From positions 9,084 through 73,083 of the forward strand of contig MEVD01000015.1 of assembly GCA_001772865.1 (NCBI GenBank): 64,000 bases of DNA, read 5' to 3'. A model generated the notes under the pieces. That model searched no databases. It was not told where the DNA came from and worked only from the letters and a program-made list of their open reading frames with translations. Position 1 is the first letter of the stretch, and every line of letters starts with the position of its first letter. The translations under genes and the position numbers were made by a program. Positions 10,310 through 20,352 of the stretch are shown one piece after another. Origin of the DNA: a candidate division WWE3 bacterium RIFCSPHIGHO2_02_FULL_38_14 (GTDB lineage: Bacteria > Patescibacteriota > WWE3 > UBA101185 > UBA10185).

Positions 10310-11491
10310 ATGCTCGATTATTTTCTTTTAGCGATGCGCGCATTAAAACTAAATAAAGTAAGGTCTTTTTTAACTATGCTCGGAGTAATTATTGGAGTAT
10401 CGGCAGTTATTACTTTAACTTCTATCGTTGGTGGTCTTGAGAAAACAATAAGAACTCAATTTGAATCATTTGGTTCGAATAGCTTATATATTTTCCCCGG
10501 CGAGCCGGGAGGCGGAAGGGGTCCGGGGGGGACCGCTGTAAATAAACTTAGCTTTGACTACACAAAAATCATCAAAAACGTGCCGAGTGTAGTTGACGCT
10601 TCAGCAATGGTTTTTACTACAGGAGATGCTAAATATCTTAATAAATCCAGCACCAATGTAACAATAAACGGAATCGAAGATAATCTTGAAGAAATCAGTG
10701 GTATCGGAGCCTCAGAAGGCCGTACAATAAGCAAAAGCGATATGGCAGGATCTAAAATGGTTGCGGTAATAGGTCAGACAGTAAAAAAGAATTTATTTGA
10801 CGATCTTAATCCTATTGGGAAAATAATTACGCTAAAAAACAAAAGGTTTGAAGTGATAGGTGTTACGGAAAAACAAGGGGCGGTTTTCGGAGTTGACCAG
10901 GATAATGAAGTTAATATTCCATTAAATACAGCCAGACAAAGATTTCAGATAGACAGGCCAAATTTCTTTTTTATAAAAATAGATGACCCCAAAAACATAG
11001 GCTCTGCACAAAGAGGAATTGAAAAGGTTATTAGACAATTTTTGGATAAAGAAGATTTTTCAGTAGTAAGCCAGGAGCAAAGCCTGGAATTTATAGGTAA
11101 TATTTTAGGAGTACTAGCCACAGCTTTAGGTGGAATAGCAGCAATTTCACTTTTAGTGGGAGGGGTAGGAATTATGAATATTATGTTTGTATCGGTCACG
11201 GAGAGAACACGGGAAATTGGATTAAGAAAAGCAGTAGGTGCCAATTCGAAAAATATTTTAACTCAGTTTTTATTTGAGGCGGTAATTTTATCTTTGCTCG
11301 GCGGTTTAATGGGAGTAGTTGTAGGCACTTCTTTTTCAACTTTGCTTGGAAATTTTATAGATACTGCTGTAGATCCCATGTACGTATTATTATCATTTGG
11401 GGTTTCGGCAGCTATTGGAATTATTTTCGGAGTAGCCCCGGCGGTAAAAGCCGGTAAAATGGACCCGATTACAGCTTTAAGATATGAATAG
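10310..11491 (+). CDS. ABC transporter permease, FtsX/MacB family
   Basis: 393 aa. N-terminal TM, large periplasmic domain, C-terminal FtsX-like 3-TM bundle. Confidence 0.8.
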   Translation: MLDYFLLAMRALKLNKVRSFLTMLGVIIGVSAVITLTSIVGGLEKTIRTQFESFGSNSLYIFPGEPGGGRGPGGTAVNKLSFDYTKIIKNVPSVVDASAMVFTTGDAKYLNKSSTNVTINGIEDNLEEISGIGASEGRTISKSDMAGSKMVAVIGQTVKKNLFDDLNPIGKIITLKNKRFEVIGVTEKQGAVFGVDQDNEVNIPLNTARQRFQIDRPNFFFIKIDDPKNIGSAQRGIEKVIRQFLDKEDFSVVSQEQSLEFIGNILGVLATALGGIAAISLLVGGVGIMNIMFVSVTERTREIGLRKAVGANSKNILTQFLFEAVILSLLGGLMGVVVGTSFSTLLGNFIDTAVDPMYVLLSFGVSAAIGIIFGVAPAVKAGKMDPITALRYE

Positions 11492-11497
11492 TAACTT

Positions 11498-11929
11498 TTA
11501 GGATTTCACCAGCTTCAACTCATAAACAGCATTATCTTCAAGTTTAAATTCATTTACTTTAAATGTGATATCTTCATCATTAGTATATATATGCCATTTA
11601 AAACTTTCCGGAGCATTTATTCCATTTACACTATTTATTTCAGTACCGTAAATATAAGCGATTTTCTCATAGTAAAAGGATTGCTTATTTCTAAGATCCT
11701 CAAAAAGATCAAGCACCGTATCTATGTTTTTCATTTTAACTTTATATGTTTTTTCTGTCCCGTCAACTGACAATACTTTTAAAGTCACCTGTGCAGGATG
11801 CACTTCAACAACTTTCTTTTTTTCAATTTCACCGGTGGGAACTTTGTTAATCTTAAGTGCGTTTTGAACAAAGTATATTCCGAAAATTAAACTCAATAAA
11901 TATACTGCAATTAATATCTTTTTAAGCAT
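11498..11929 (-). CDS. Secreted hypothetical protein (possible DUF4430-like beta-grasp domain)
   Basis: 143 aa with signal/anchor. Pattern VTLKV.S.DG....Y.V....TVLD.....N...G....WHIY.N.E. Convergent with the ABC permease. Confidence 0.4.
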   Translation of the reverse strand: MLKKILIAVYLLSLIFGIYFVQNALKINKVPTGEIEKKKVVEVHPAQVTLKVLSVDGTEKTYKVKMKNIDTVLDLFEDLRNKQSFYYEKIAYIYGTEINSVNGINAPESFKWHIYTNDEDITFKVNEFKLEDNAVYELKLVKS

Positions 11930-12036
11930 AAGAATATATTATCATATAGTTATAATAAGAAGTTTGATTTTTGCCGTATTTATACTAAACTGTAATTCGG
12001 TAACCAAACTCTTTTCGGAATAATTTAATATGTTTA

Positions 12037-12114
12037 GCCCCCATAGCTCAGCGGATTCAGAGCACTTCGCTTCGGACGAAGGGGTCGGGAGTTCGAATCT
12101 CTCTGGGGGCGCCA
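12037..12114 (+). tRNA. trnR: tRNA-Arg (anticodon UCG)
   Basis: Cloverleaf folded by hand: acceptor GCCCCCA/TGGGGGC, anticodon stem CTTCG/CGAAG, loop CTTCGGA, T-loop TTCGAAT, encoded CCA. Confidence 0.85.
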
Positions 12115-12139
12115 TTAAAATAAGTGATATACTTTTAAT

Positions 12140-12544
12140 ATGAAAGCAACTTTACAGCATATTCAATTAAATGTTTCTAATAAAAATATTTCATATCCGT
12201 TTTATAAAGAAATGCTAAAGCTTTTGGGGTACAAACCATATTTGGAAGAAGATTGGGGCATAGGATTAAAGGATTCCAAATCAAATCTGGTGATTTTTAT
12301 AGTCGAAACCGAACAAAAATACAGGAAAAATAAATTTCACCGAAAAACTACCGGAATAAACCATTTAGCATTTTTGGTTGGTTCAAAAATAGATGTAGAC
12401 GAATTTAATAAAAAGTTTGTCAAGAAAAATAAAATTAAACCGCTATACCAAACTCCAAAAGCTTTTCCGGAATATACACCAAAATACTATGCAGTGTATT
12501 TTGAGGATCCGGACAGGATAAAACTCGAAGTAGTGTTTACGTGA
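12140..12544 (+). CDS. VOC/glyoxalase-family protein
   Basis: 134 aa, glyoxalase-like beta-alpha-beta-beta-beta pattern. Weak family assignment. Confidence 0.5.
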   Translation: MKATLQHIQLNVSNKNISYPFYKEMLKLLGYKPYLEEDWGIGLKDSKSNLVIFIVETEQKYRKNKFHRKTTGINHLAFLVGSKIDVDEFNKKFVKKNKIKPLYQTPKAFPEYTPKYYAVYFEDPDRIKLEVVFT

Positions 12545-12557
12545 ACGCCATATTGAA

Positions 12558-13343
12558 ATGCTGGATAATATAAAAATCAAAAAAGAGAACTTCAAAAATA
12601 CCTTCTCAAATAAAATAGAAAAATACAAAATCAATACATTTTTTGATGTTATGTATTCTGCGGTGTTCTTAGTATTCGCATTTTATTTACTGCCAATTAA
12701 CCTGTTATCATCGCTGGCGTCTTTAATCATAGCAATACTACTTTTCCCTAAGACATTCGAATATATACAAAGAAAAACAGGTATAAAGATTAAAAACGAT
12801 TTGAAAACTGCTATAATTTCCCTTTTATTTCTTTTGATGGGGTTTAGTGCTTCGAAATCGATTGGTTTAAATACCGAATCTCAAAATCAGAAAGAATCTA
12901 AGCCGAAAACTAATAATAGCACCAAAAATATTTTATATAAAGTAGACAGGGTTTTAGACGGTGACACCGTTGACGTTATATATAACAACGAGCTTATGAG
13001 AATAAGGCTAATCGGAATCGACGCTCCCGAAACCGGCGGAGGAAATACAAAAAAAGAATGCTATGCGGATGAATCAAAAAAATATTTAACTGACCTTTTA
13101 AATAACGATTATGTAAAACTGGAAAATGATGAAACCCAGAATGACAAAGACAGATATGATCGATCTCTCAGATATGTATTTTTAGAAGAATTGAATATTA
13201 ACAAAGACCTTGTTGAGAAAGGGTATGCCAAAGAATACACTTTTGACAAACCATATAAATACTCTGAAGAATTCCTTAATGCAGAAAAATCCGCCATCAA
13301 TCTTAAAATCGGCATTTGGAATCCCCAGATTTGCCCAAACTAA
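12558..13343 (+). CDS. Membrane-anchored thermonuclease (staphylococcal nuclease, SNase-like)
   Basis: VDRVLDGDTVDV...IRLIGIDAPET...DRYDRSLRYVF...GYAK are the SNase catalytic motifs. N-terminal TM segments. Confidence 0.75.
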   Translation: MLDNIKIKKENFKNTFSNKIEKYKINTFFDVMYSAVFLVFAFYLLPINLLSSLASLIIAILLFPKTFEYIQRKTGIKIKNDLKTAIISLLFLLMGFSASKSIGLNTESQNQKESKPKTNNSTKNILYKVDRVLDGDTVDVIYNNELMRIRLIGIDAPETGGGNTKKECYADESKKYLTDLLNNDYVKLENDETQNDKDRYDRSLRYVFLEELNINKDLVEKGYAKEYTFDKPYKYSEEFLNAEKSAINLKIGIWNPQICPN

Positions 13344-13398
13344 ATAAAACTGTTTTTTGAACGATTTTATTGTAAAATCAACTCGTAATTTATACCTT

Positions 13399-13473
13399 GG
13401 GGGCGTAGCTCAGCGGTAGAGCAGGGGACTCTTAATCCCTTGGTCGAGAGTTCGATTCTCTCCGCCCTCACCA
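13399..13473 (+). tRNA. trnK: tRNA-Lys (anticodon CUU)
   Basis: Acceptor GGGGGCG/CGCCCTC (one G-U), anticodon loop CTCTTAA, T-loop TTCGATT, CCA encoded. Confidence 0.85.
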
Positions 13474-13563
13474 ATAAAAATCCTAATCATAGTATAAATA
13501 TACCTTTGTGAATGCAAAAACTATTGACAAGCAAATCAGTTAATGATGTCATTAATATAATCC

Positions 13564-14727
13564 ATGCCCAAAACGAAAGTTAACAAAAAGGGAAAATCCA
13601 ATAAATCAAGTTCAAATTTTCTTCGTGTGTATGCAGTATTATTTTTAACTGCAACGGTAGGACTCGCTTTATTATCTAAATTCTCACCTGTATTTAATCA
13701 AATTAAACAGAATTCTCAGGTTTTGCAATCTTCGACCGGAAACGTTTATCCGGAGCATTTTTATGTTATGGATAATTCAGGTTCAATATCTTCCGACAGA
13801 CTGAAAATCGAAAAGTCGGCTACCAACTATTTAATTGACAAAATTGTTCCTCCGCGCGGTGGTGTATACAAATTCACAAATGTAGCATCATTACTTGCAA
13901 ACTTAACCACAAATAGAACAACTCTCCATAATGCCGCGAAAAGTCTTAAAGTTGCTGACGGAGGCGCAAGAGATTTTAAACTGGCCATAAATGTTGCGGT
14001 CGATAAACTTCTTTCTCAAAACGCAGTATGCCCAGCAATTGTAATACTTTCAGACGGGAAGTACTCAACAGAACAAGTAAGAACCGATGCACTTGCAGCT
14101 GCAGCAAACGCAAGAAGTAAAGGTGTCGCCATTTATGGAATCGCTGCAAAACCACGTTCTCAACACGATTCGGATTTTATAAAAGATTTAGCTAAGGGAA
14201 ACTGCGCTGGTTCACCTCATTGCGGTGAATTTCAAATACTTACAGGAACTAATATAGGTACAAAATTAAATACAATCATATCTCACATGAGTTCGCGATG
14301 TACAAAAAAGTTTACTTTTGAAAAGACTTTAAAATTATATAGAGATGGTCCTATTTCCGAACCACCTAACGATCAAGGATATCCCGGAGACCGGGCACTC
14401 TATAAAGTTCCTTTTACTAATACTGACACTACTGATTTGCTGAACATTTCAATAACAGACACTATACCCAGTTTTATGACATATCTACCCGGCTCTGCAA
14501 AGTTGTATTACAGCAATGGGACGATTACTCAATTATATCCCGTAAACAATGTAATAACTGCAAATGTTGGGAATGTATCACCTGCAAATTGGGCAAGACT
14601 CGAATTCGTAACATTAATTAATTCTGATGTTCCAAATGGTTACGTGATAACCAACAAAGCAACAGTTACGGGTTCTAACATTTCAAAAGTTGACGCAATA
14701 AGTCCCGCAATTACAATTGTTCGCTAA
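13564..14727 (+). CDS. Secreted/anchored von Willebrand factor A domain protein
   Basis: N-terminal TM/signal. MIDAS motif YVMDNSGSIS (DxSxS). C-terminal beta-rich domain. Confidence 0.65.
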   Translation: MPKTKVNKKGKSNKSSSNFLRVYAVLFLTATVGLALLSKFSPVFNQIKQNSQVLQSSTGNVYPEHFYVMDNSGSISSDRLKIEKSATNYLIDKIVPPRGGVYKFTNVASLLANLTTNRTTLHNAAKSLKVADGGARDFKLAINVAVDKLLSQNAVCPAIVILSDGKYSTEQVRTDALAAAANARSKGVAIYGIAAKPRSQHDSDFIKDLAKGNCAGSPHCGEFQILTGTNIGTKLNTIISHMSSRCTKKFTFEKTLKLYRDGPISEPPNDQGYPGDRALYKVPFTNTDTTDLLNISITDTIPSFMTYLPGSAKLYYSNGTITQLYPVNNVITANVGNVSPANWARLEFVTLINSDVPNGYVITNKATVTGSNISKVDAISPAITIVR

Positions 14728-14817
14728 TTAAGCTTACTATTATTCACAAAATCCATCATTTAAATAATTTCTAGTGTAAAATATCTTTCATAAATTACTT
14801 TCTTAGGATATTCATAA

Positions 14818-15168
14818 ATGAAAGATGTAACAAACGAAATACCAATTAAACAAATAGAAACTCTCCAAGAATATATAGTTAAAAAAGGAAATGAGAGAGG
14901 TTTCTCAAATGAAACTTTACATGAGCGATTAATGATTTTAGTTGAAGAAATAGGTGAACTAATGAAGGCTGTTCGTGTTAATAAAAAAGGGTTTATAGAT
15001 AATAAATTTAAATATGATGGGGACTTAGATGGAGAAATCTCTGATATTTTGACCATGATATTTTGGACAGCTGATAAGCTAAATATAGATATCTCCAAAG
15101 CTTTTGAGAAAAAAGAAAAGTTAAATAATAAAAGGGTTTGGGCTCGAAGAACTTATCCAAATAAATAA
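14818..15168 (+). CDS. MazG-like nucleotide pyrophosphohydrolase
   Basis: 116 aa. EEIGELMKA...R, the MazG/NTP-PPase EExxE motif region. Confidence 0.65.
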   Translation: MKDVTNEIPIKQIETLQEYIVKKGNERGFSNETLHERLMILVEEIGELMKAVRVNKKGFIDNKFKYDGDLDGEISDILTMIFWTADKLNIDISKAFEKKEKLNNKRVWARRTYPNK

Positions 15169-15209
15169 ATTTGAGCAAATTAATTAATTGGTTATGATAG
15201 AATTTATGC

Positions 15210-15720
15210 ATGATAAAAGCAATTTGCTTTGATTTGGACGGAGTTTATTTTACATCAGACAGCTTCAAAAACTTTAAGAATAATCTTCCAAAAGAAATAA
15301 ACGATGAAGAAAAAGTAAGTTATGTTTTGGCCAAATCTGAAGAAATGTTGATGTTTAAAACTGGAAAAATGAGTGAGGATGATTACTGGAACTATGCGAC
15401 CAGAGAATTAAAAATTAAAACAGATTTAAACGGTATCTGCGATTGTTTAAGAGAAAGCTACAATATAAACTACGATGTGGCTGATTATATTGAAAAAGTT
15501 AGAAGGGCTGGATATAAATCTTGTGTGTGCACGAATAACTTTATCACAAGGGTAAGAGAATTAGATAATGAGTGGGGATTTTTGGATCTATTTGATGTAA
15601 AGGTCTTTTGACGATGAAAATAAAATGACAGGTGCAAAAGATCTTGGAATTAACACCTTTTTATACAAAGATTTTCCGGATTTTATAAATAAATTGTCTT
15701 CATTAGGAATCAATATTTAA
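15210..15720 (+). pseudogene. HAD-superfamily hydrolase interrupted by a +1 frameshift at T-run 15606..15609
   Basis: Motif I ICFDLDGV, motif II CVCTNNF, then a stop. The next frame continues FDDENKMTGAKDLGINTFLY (motif III/IV). Removing one T restores ...DVKVFDDENK... Confidence 0.6.
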
Positions 15721-15755
15721 GGTAGAATTATACATTTGGAAAATATTTATTAAAT

Positions 15756-16675
15756 CTATCTAATACTTATAAAAGGAACTTCAGCTCCGCCGCCTAAATA
15801 AGTGGGAAGAATTCCGTTCCATTTTTCTATAGCCATTTTTTGCAGTACCAAGGGGTCAATGGTCTGTCTTAATATATCCTGTGCCCGAGCTTCCCCTTCC
15901 GCTCTGATTATTTTCTGCTGTTTAATAAATTCTTCCTGCTGTGCTTTAAATTCTTCGGTTTTCACTTTTTCCTGTTCAATTTGTTTTTGTTCTACGGCAG
16001 CAATATATCCGTCACTGAATTTGATCTGCCTCACTAAAAATTCGTCTAAAATGACTCCGTTTTCTTCAAATCCCGAAATTAGTCTGTTCTGCACACTTTG
16101 CTGATATTTAAAAACATCCCCGGTGTAAAGCTCTGAAGCCGGAAATTCTCTAGCCACATTCCTAGTAATTGAACGTGATTGCGCCTGCACAATTCTTGTT
16201 GCTATTTGGTCTTGAGTCCCAATATTTTGTGCCAACCACAATACCTTATCGGGATCCAGCCTGTATCTTAAAGTAAATCTTATGCTAACCTTCTGACCGT
16301 CTTTAGTTGTTGTATCTACCGGAAAATCAGCTGAATCGGAAGCTGTTTTTTGAACAGAGCTATTTAAATTAAATCCGCTGGATTCCCTGTTATAAAACTG
16401 ACTAGTTTGAGGCTGTTCTGCTGTTTCATAAATAATTTTCTGAGTATTGTAAAAAAAACTTTTTCAATCAGCGGTATTCTAAAGTTAAGACCCGGCGAAG
16501 CCAGTCTTTCAATCCTTCCGAACCTACTGACAACCCCGACAGTTCCGAATTCTACCGAATATAACGGGCTAAATCTTCCTAATAAAGATAGAACAATAAT
16601 TAATACTATAGAAATTATGAGAATTTTTTTAAGCTTGGAAGAGTCAAAAGAACCGGGAGTCACAATTTTCACCAT
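15756..16675 (-). pseudogene. SPFH/band-7 (HflK/C-like) protein split by frameshift near A8/T8 homopolymer 16441..16448
   Basis: N-terminal ORF (MVKIVTPGSF...GVVSRFGRIERLASPGLNFRIPLIEKVF) and the C-terminal ORF, which extends upstream in its own frame (...VDTTTKDGQKVSIRFTLRYRLDPDKVLWLAQNIGTQDQ...), overlap in different frames. A 1-nt insertion in the T8 run would fuse them. Confidence 0.6.
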
Positions 16676-16757
16676 ATCTATTAAAATATTATTACTATTT
16701 CCGGTGCTGTCAATAGATAACAATGATGTATAATTGCACCAAACAAGCGAGAACTGG

Positions 16758-16844
16758 GCCAGAGTGGTGAAACTGGTATACACGCTGTCTTCAGAGGGCA
16801 GTCCGCCTCGGCGGATGTGGGTTCAAATCCCACCTCTGGCACCA
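16758..16844 (+). tRNA. trnL: tRNA-Leu (anticodon CAG)
   Basis: Type II tRNA: acceptor GCCAGAG/CTCTGGC, 3-bp D stem, anticodon loop TTCAGAG, long variable arm CCGCC-TC-GGCGG, T-loop TTCAAAT, CCA. Confidence 0.85.
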
Positions 16845-16881
16845 TATAGATATAAGCTCCGGTTTGATTTAAAATTTAAGT

Positions 16882-17160
16882 GTGAAAGAAATAATTGGCC
16901 AATATAAAAATAAGATTATATTCGGCGTGATAATGCTAATAATTTTGGCGCCGATTTATTTCTCATTTGTAAATTCCAGAAGAGAACAAATCATTCAAAG
17001 CAGTCAGTGTGTAAACTTAAGAACCCAGGAAGTATGCGCAAAAAACGATAAATGCTACTGGGACAAGAGTAATACATTGTGCTGTGATAAATCGGAATAT
17101 GCCACAACGAGTTCTCTTGGTAAGAAGATTTGTTGTCCCAAAGGCAAAGTCTGCGAATAA
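16882..17160 (+). CDS. Small Cys-rich membrane/secreted protein
   Basis: 92 aa. N-terminal TM, then 8 Cys in CVNLRTQEVCAKNDKCYWDKSNTLCCDKSEY...KKICCPKGKVCE. Lies between the two tRNA-Leu genes. Confidence 0.4.
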   Translation: MKEIIGQYKNKIIFGVIMLIILAPIYFSFVNSRREQIIQSSQCVNLRTQEVCAKNDKCYWDKSNTLCCDKSEYATTSSLGKKICCPKGKVCE

Positions 17161-17211
17161 ATCCGGTTCTAATGATATAATGTTTAACGTCCGAACCCAG
17201 GAAATGCTTAC

Positions 17212-17298
17212 GGGCGGGTGGCGGAATTGGTATACGCGCAACGTTGAGGTCGTTGTGGGGTAAAACCCGTGCAGGTTCAACTCCTGTCCCGCCCACCA
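17212..17298 (+). tRNA. trnL: tRNA-Leu (anticodon GAG)
   Basis: Acceptor GGGCGGG/CCCGCCC, anticodon stem CAACG/CGTTG, loop TTGAGGT, long variable arm, T-loop TTCAACT, CCA. Listed ORF 16991..17491(-) overlaps it and is spurious. Confidence 0.85.
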
Positions 17299-17312
17299 AA
17301 AGATAAGTAAAA

Positions 17313-19031
17313 ATGAAATTAATCGACCTACATAAGCTTTTTAAACGCACCACAATCCTCTCAATAATATTTTTGGCAATATCAGCGATATTTTCCACTG
17401 CATCAGCACAATCATCATTTGAAAAAATAGACGTTTTCAATACTCTTATATTTGTAAATACTGACGGAACAATAGATGTAACCGAGTCCATATACTATGA
17501 TTTCGGACCTTTGCAAAGGCATGGTATTTACAGGGAGATTCCCTACCAGAAAAATAATGATAACGGAAAAATATTTAATATGAACATAGAAGTATTGGAA
17601 GTTTTAGACATACAAAGGGTTCCCTTTAAATACACTACAACAACATCAAACGGCAAATTAAACATAAAAATAGGAGATCCTGATAAATATGTAACAGGCG
17701 AAAAAATGTATCAATTAAAATACAAAGTTTCCGGAGCTTTAACTTATTTTTCCGATCATGACGAGCTTTATTGGAATGTAACCGGGGATGAGTGGGCTAT
17801 CCCAATCAGACATGCCAGTACAAAAATATTTCTTCCGGAAAATATTCAAAACAATACAACTATAGATTGTTACACTGGAGTAAAAGGCTCCACTTCATCT
17901 GACTGTGTCCCGGTGAAAGAAAAATCTAATATGTTTTTAGTCGAAACTAAAAATTCGTTAGATCCGTACGAAGGACTAACCTTCGCTGTCGGTTTTCCTA
18001 AAGGTTATGTAGCAGTATTGGAGCCTCAGAAAGATAATAGTGAAACGCTATTAAAAATTATTTTAATACTAGCTGCCATCGCCTGGTTTATATGGAACTT
18101 TGTATATCCGATTAAAATATTTTTAAACTGGTACGCGGATTATAAAAACTCCAAAAAAGCAAAAATAACGTCTGCATGGTTTTCTCCTCCAAAAGAAGCT
18201 CCTCACAAGCCATTTCCCCCGGCTTTAACGGCTCTTCTAGTGACTAAAAAGTTTGACAGCTTTCTAATTACTTCCACAATTATTCATTTAGCCCAGCGAG
18301 GGTATTTGAAAATTGTCCAGGAAGGAAAAAATGATTTTAATTTTGTGCTTTTAAAAGAATTTCATAATGACATTAAACTTTATGACTACGAATATACGTT
18401 GTTAAAAGCATTATTTAATGAAACTGCAGTAGGTGGTTTAGTTAAATTAAAAAGTCTTAAAAACGATAAAAATTATACAAAAAACATTTCCGATTTTAAC
18501 AAGAAACTTAGTAATGCACTTATTTCCAAAGGATTATTTACCGAAAGCATAGAAAAAGTAAATAAAAAATATTCAATTATCGGTGGAATTTCCCTTTATT
18601 TTTTAAGCTTAATAACAGCATTCACAGCATTTATATTCGGAAAAAAGTCCGCAAAAAGAACAGAATTAGGCATTGAAAAACTTGGCGAAGCAATCTCATT
18701 GAAGAACTTTTTAGTATCTCAAGACGAGCAATTGGATTTTCAGGCAAAAAACCAGATGTTTTTCGAAAAATTGCTACCTTATGCCACAGCATTTGGGGTA
18801 GAAGATATATGGGCTAAAAGATTTGCGGATTTGGAGTTTAAAAACCCCGATTGGTACGAAGGCAACTTTTACAGCGCATTGGCTTTTTCCTCTTTTTCTA
18901 GTAGTTTTAATTCAGGAGTCCGAAACGCTTCAATGACAGCTACCAGAAGCTCAAGCGGTTTCTCAAGCGGCGGCGGGGGAGGAGGATCATCAGGAGGAGG
19001 TGGTGGTGGAGGTGGAGGAGGAAGCTGGTAA
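17313..19031 (+). CDS. DUF2207-family membrane protein
   Basis: 572 aa. Signal peptide, extracellular domain, TM segments and the Gly/Ser-rich tail ending GGGGGGSW, all characteristic of DUF2207. Confidence 0.65.
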   Translation: MKLIDLHKLFKRTTILSIIFLAISAIFSTASAQSSFEKIDVFNTLIFVNTDGTIDVTESIYYDFGPLQRHGIYREIPYQKNNDNGKIFNMNIEVLEVLDIQRVPFKYTTTTSNGKLNIKIGDPDKYVTGEKMYQLKYKVSGALTYFSDHDELYWNVTGDEWAIPIRHASTKIFLPENIQNNTTIDCYTGVKGSTSSDCVPVKEKSNMFLVETKNSLDPYEGLTFAVGFPKGYVAVLEPQKDNSETLLKIILILAAIAWFIWNFVYPIKIFLNWYADYKNSKKAKITSAWFSPPKEAPHKPFPPALTALLVTKKFDSFLITSTIIHLAQRGYLKIVQEGKNDFNFVLLKEFHNDIKLYDYEYTLLKALFNETAVGGLVKLKSLKNDKNYTKNISDFNKKLSNALISKGLFTESIEKVNKKYSIIGGISLYFLSLITAFTAFIFGKKSAKRTELGIEKLGEAISLKNFLVSQDEQLDFQAKNQMFFEKLLPYATAFGVEDIWAKRFADLEFKNPDWYEGNFYSALAFSSFSSSFNSGVRNASMTATRSSSGFSSGGGGGGSSGGGGGGGGGGSW

Positions 19032-19086
19032 CCCTTTTTTCCAATTTGATATAATGGTTAAAATATTTATTTATTAGGAGGAATTT

Positions 19087-19539
19087 ATGACAATTAAAGG
19101 TGATTTACCTGATGTAGATGAAACAAAAAAAGTTGGATGGATTGAAGCAGATCCCGATAAGAATCAAGGTAGAAAGTTCTTGATAGCAGATAGGGACTTT
19201 GAATTACCTGATTGGGTAAAAGAAGACGGTTATGAACGACTTTTACAACGTGTGGGTATTAAAGAAGAGTTGGAAGGTGGATACAAAATTGTGATGTTGT
19301 TTGCCAACAACGATACCTCAGAATTTGATAGGGGTATATTATCACAATATTCGGAAGAAGCACTTGATCGCAACAAGGAATTCTATGACCCAAGAAACGT
19401 TATATCTTTTCCAACAATAGGACAAGCTCAAGTATGTGCCGCAGAATTGGTTAACTTTTTTGAAAGTACTACTGATCGTTATCAGTGGTCAAGTCGTAAG
19501 TATAATACAGATACAGGACATTGGGAAGTTGAGGAATAA
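19087..19539 (+). CDS. Hypothetical protein
   Basis: 150 aa. Strong SD (AGGAGG 8 nt upstream). No recognisable motifs. Confidence 0.5.
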   Translation: MTIKGDLPDVDETKKVGWIEADPDKNQGRKFLIADRDFELPDWVKEDGYERLLQRVGIKEELEGGYKIVMLFANNDTSEFDRGILSQYSEEALDRNKEFYDPRNVISFPTIGQAQVCAAELVNFFESTTDRYQWSSRKYNTDTGHWEVEE

Positions 19540-19570
19540 ACCATTCTAATTACAAAATAATATTAAGTAG

Positions 19571-19647
19571 GCGAGAATAGCTCAGTTGGCTAGAGCGTCT
19601 CCTTGCCAAGGAGAAGGTCGCGGGTTCGAATCCCGTTTCTCGCTCCA
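19571..19647 (+). tRNA. trnG: tRNA-Gly (anticodon GCC)
   Basis: Acceptor GCGAGAA/TTCTCGC, D stem GCTC/GAGC, anticodon loop TTGCCAA, T-loop TTCGAAT, discriminator U, CCA. Confidence 0.85.
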
Positions 19648-19730
19648 TAAAAATTACAAAAATATAAATAAAAATTTCCCTAAATTTGAAAGTTTTTGAA
19701 AGAAGCATATAATCAAAGCGGGTGGTATAA

Positions 19731-20243
19731 GTGCCTACTAATAAGCTTGTAATTAAACAGTCCGATAAAGCACTCTTAGTTGAGACCGGTACTCTTTATT
19801 TTTTGCTAATTGTTTTCCTTCTTCTTGCGCTTATTATATTTTCTTTAATAGTTCCTTTAATTTCACCAATAGTATCTGTTTATGTGATTGTCTTTGTATT
19901 CTTTTTGATAATCACTCTGGCGCTATTATTAGCTTTAATGATATGTGTGTTTTCGAAAAAATACTGGAACAAACGCGAATATGTTATAACTCCGGAGACA
20001 ATTATGGATTGTGAAGGAATGTTTAGCTCAAACTGTGTCTCCTATGAGCTTAAAGGAATGACTTCAATGGAAGTACACCAGACTGCCTTAGGTAAAAAGT
20101 TCAACTACGGCAATTTAATTGTAAGATTTATGGGTGGTGGATCTCTTTTGATGAAAGATATACCAGCACCGGAAATCCTGATAGTTAAAATACGGGAGCT
20201 TATTAGCAAAAAAGAAATAGAAGAAGAGAATAACGATAACTAA
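19731..20243 (+). CDS. Membrane protein with two N-terminal TM helices and a soluble C-terminal domain (bPH_2/YdbS-like?)
   Basis: 170 aa. Topology only. Confidence 0.35.
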   Translation: MPTNKLVIKQSDKALLVETGTLYFLLIVFLLLALIIFSLIVPLISPIVSVYVIVFVFFLIITLALLLALMICVFSKKYWNKREYVITPETIMDCEGMFSSNCVSYELKGMTSMEVHQTALGKKFNYGNLIVRFMGGGSLLMKDIPAPEILIVKIRELISKKEIEEENNDN

Positions 20244-20352
20244 ATTAAGACACATTATTACCCCTGCGTAATATAAACAAAATCTATCCAAATATCTCGC
20301 AAAATCGGTATTAAACTGATAAAATAGTGCAGTTAACTTTGCTATTTAGTGC

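Noticed and set aside
16991-17491. 166-aa minus-strand ORF
   Set aside because: It overlaps tRNA-Leu(GAG) and the Cys-rich ORF, and its product has no features. The long variable arm and GC-rich tRNA sequence create the open frame.
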